A stretch of DNA of 64,000 nt from the NCBI RefSeq assembly GCF_963921235.1, contig NC_086097.1:1860001-1924000 (forward strand), given 5' to 3'. A program made the position numbers and the translations under genes. Shown here in pieces: positions 63,485 through 64,000 of the stretch. How positions within the stretch are numbered: the first letter of the stretch is position 1; every line of letters begins with the position of its first letter. The DNA comes from Mobula hypostoma (Eukaryota). The notes under the pieces were generated by a model. That model saw nothing but the letters and a program-made list of their open reading frames with translations. It was not told the DNA's origin and made no database searches.

Positions 63485-64000
63485 TTATTAAAATACATTA
63501 GAATGGATAAGTCCCCGGGGCCTGACAGAATATTCCCCAGGCTGCTCCACGAGGCGAGAGAAGAGATTGCTGAGCCTCTGGCTAGGATCTTTACGTCCTC
63601 GTTGTCCACGGGAATGGTACCGGAGGATTGGAGGGAGGTGAATGTTGTCCCCTTGTTCAAAAAAGGTAGTAGGGATAGTCCAGGTAATTATAGACAAGTG
63701 AGCCTTACGTCTGTGGTGGGAAAGCTGTTGGAAAAGATTCTTAGAGATAGAATCTCTGGGCATTTAGAGAATCATGGTCTGATCAGGGACAGTCAGCGTG
63801 GCTTTGTGAAGGGCAGATCGTGTCTAACGAGCCTGATAGAGTTCTTTGAGGAGGTGACCAGGCATATAGATGAGGGTAGTGCAGTGGATGTGATCTACAT
63901 GGATTTTAGTAAGGCATTTGACAAGGTTCCACACGGTAGGCTTATTCAGAAAGTCAGGAGGCATGGGATCCAGGGAAATTTGGCCAGGTGGATTCAGAAT
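63485..64000 (+). mobile_element. CR1 ORF2 fragment running off the window
   Basis: 'DKSPGPD...EDWREVNVVPLFKKG...SCLTSLIEFFEEV...[13 protein letters not shown]'. Confidence 0.9.

Noticed and set aside
49618..64000. Further canonical GOLGA5 coding exons or a neighbouring gene
   Set aside because: No matching coiled-coil peptide seen; the next exon probably lies beyond the window, though exons under 60 aa could be missed

Overview
Eukaryotic, repeat-dominated vertebrate DNA. The CR1/Rex1/Penelope repeat mix suggests a cartilaginous fish such as a ray or skate (inference). The one host gene is GOLGA5 (golgin-84) on the + strand. It has a CpG-island promoter with a probable non-coding exon 1 near 2.7-3.3 kb, coding exon 2 at 42244-42861 (ATG at 42276) and coding exon 3 at 49390-49617; later exons lie beyond the window. 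The rest is intronic and made of nested retroelements (CR1, Rex1/Babar, RTE, Penelope-like), SINEs, a Tc1 remnant and a 7.2-kb 48-51-bp minisatellite. The most notable signal is RNA structure. There are four intact minimal hammerhead ribozyme motifs in Penelope-like ends, one of them in a 341-bp retrozyme-like tandem mini-element. There is a complete HDV-like ribozyme fold at the 5' end of an RTE-like fragment (43082-43246). Two copies of a non-autonomous RTE-type element carry an HDV-like core with an unusual helix inserted in L3. Repeat boundaries are approximate and family assignments were made by eye, without database searches.
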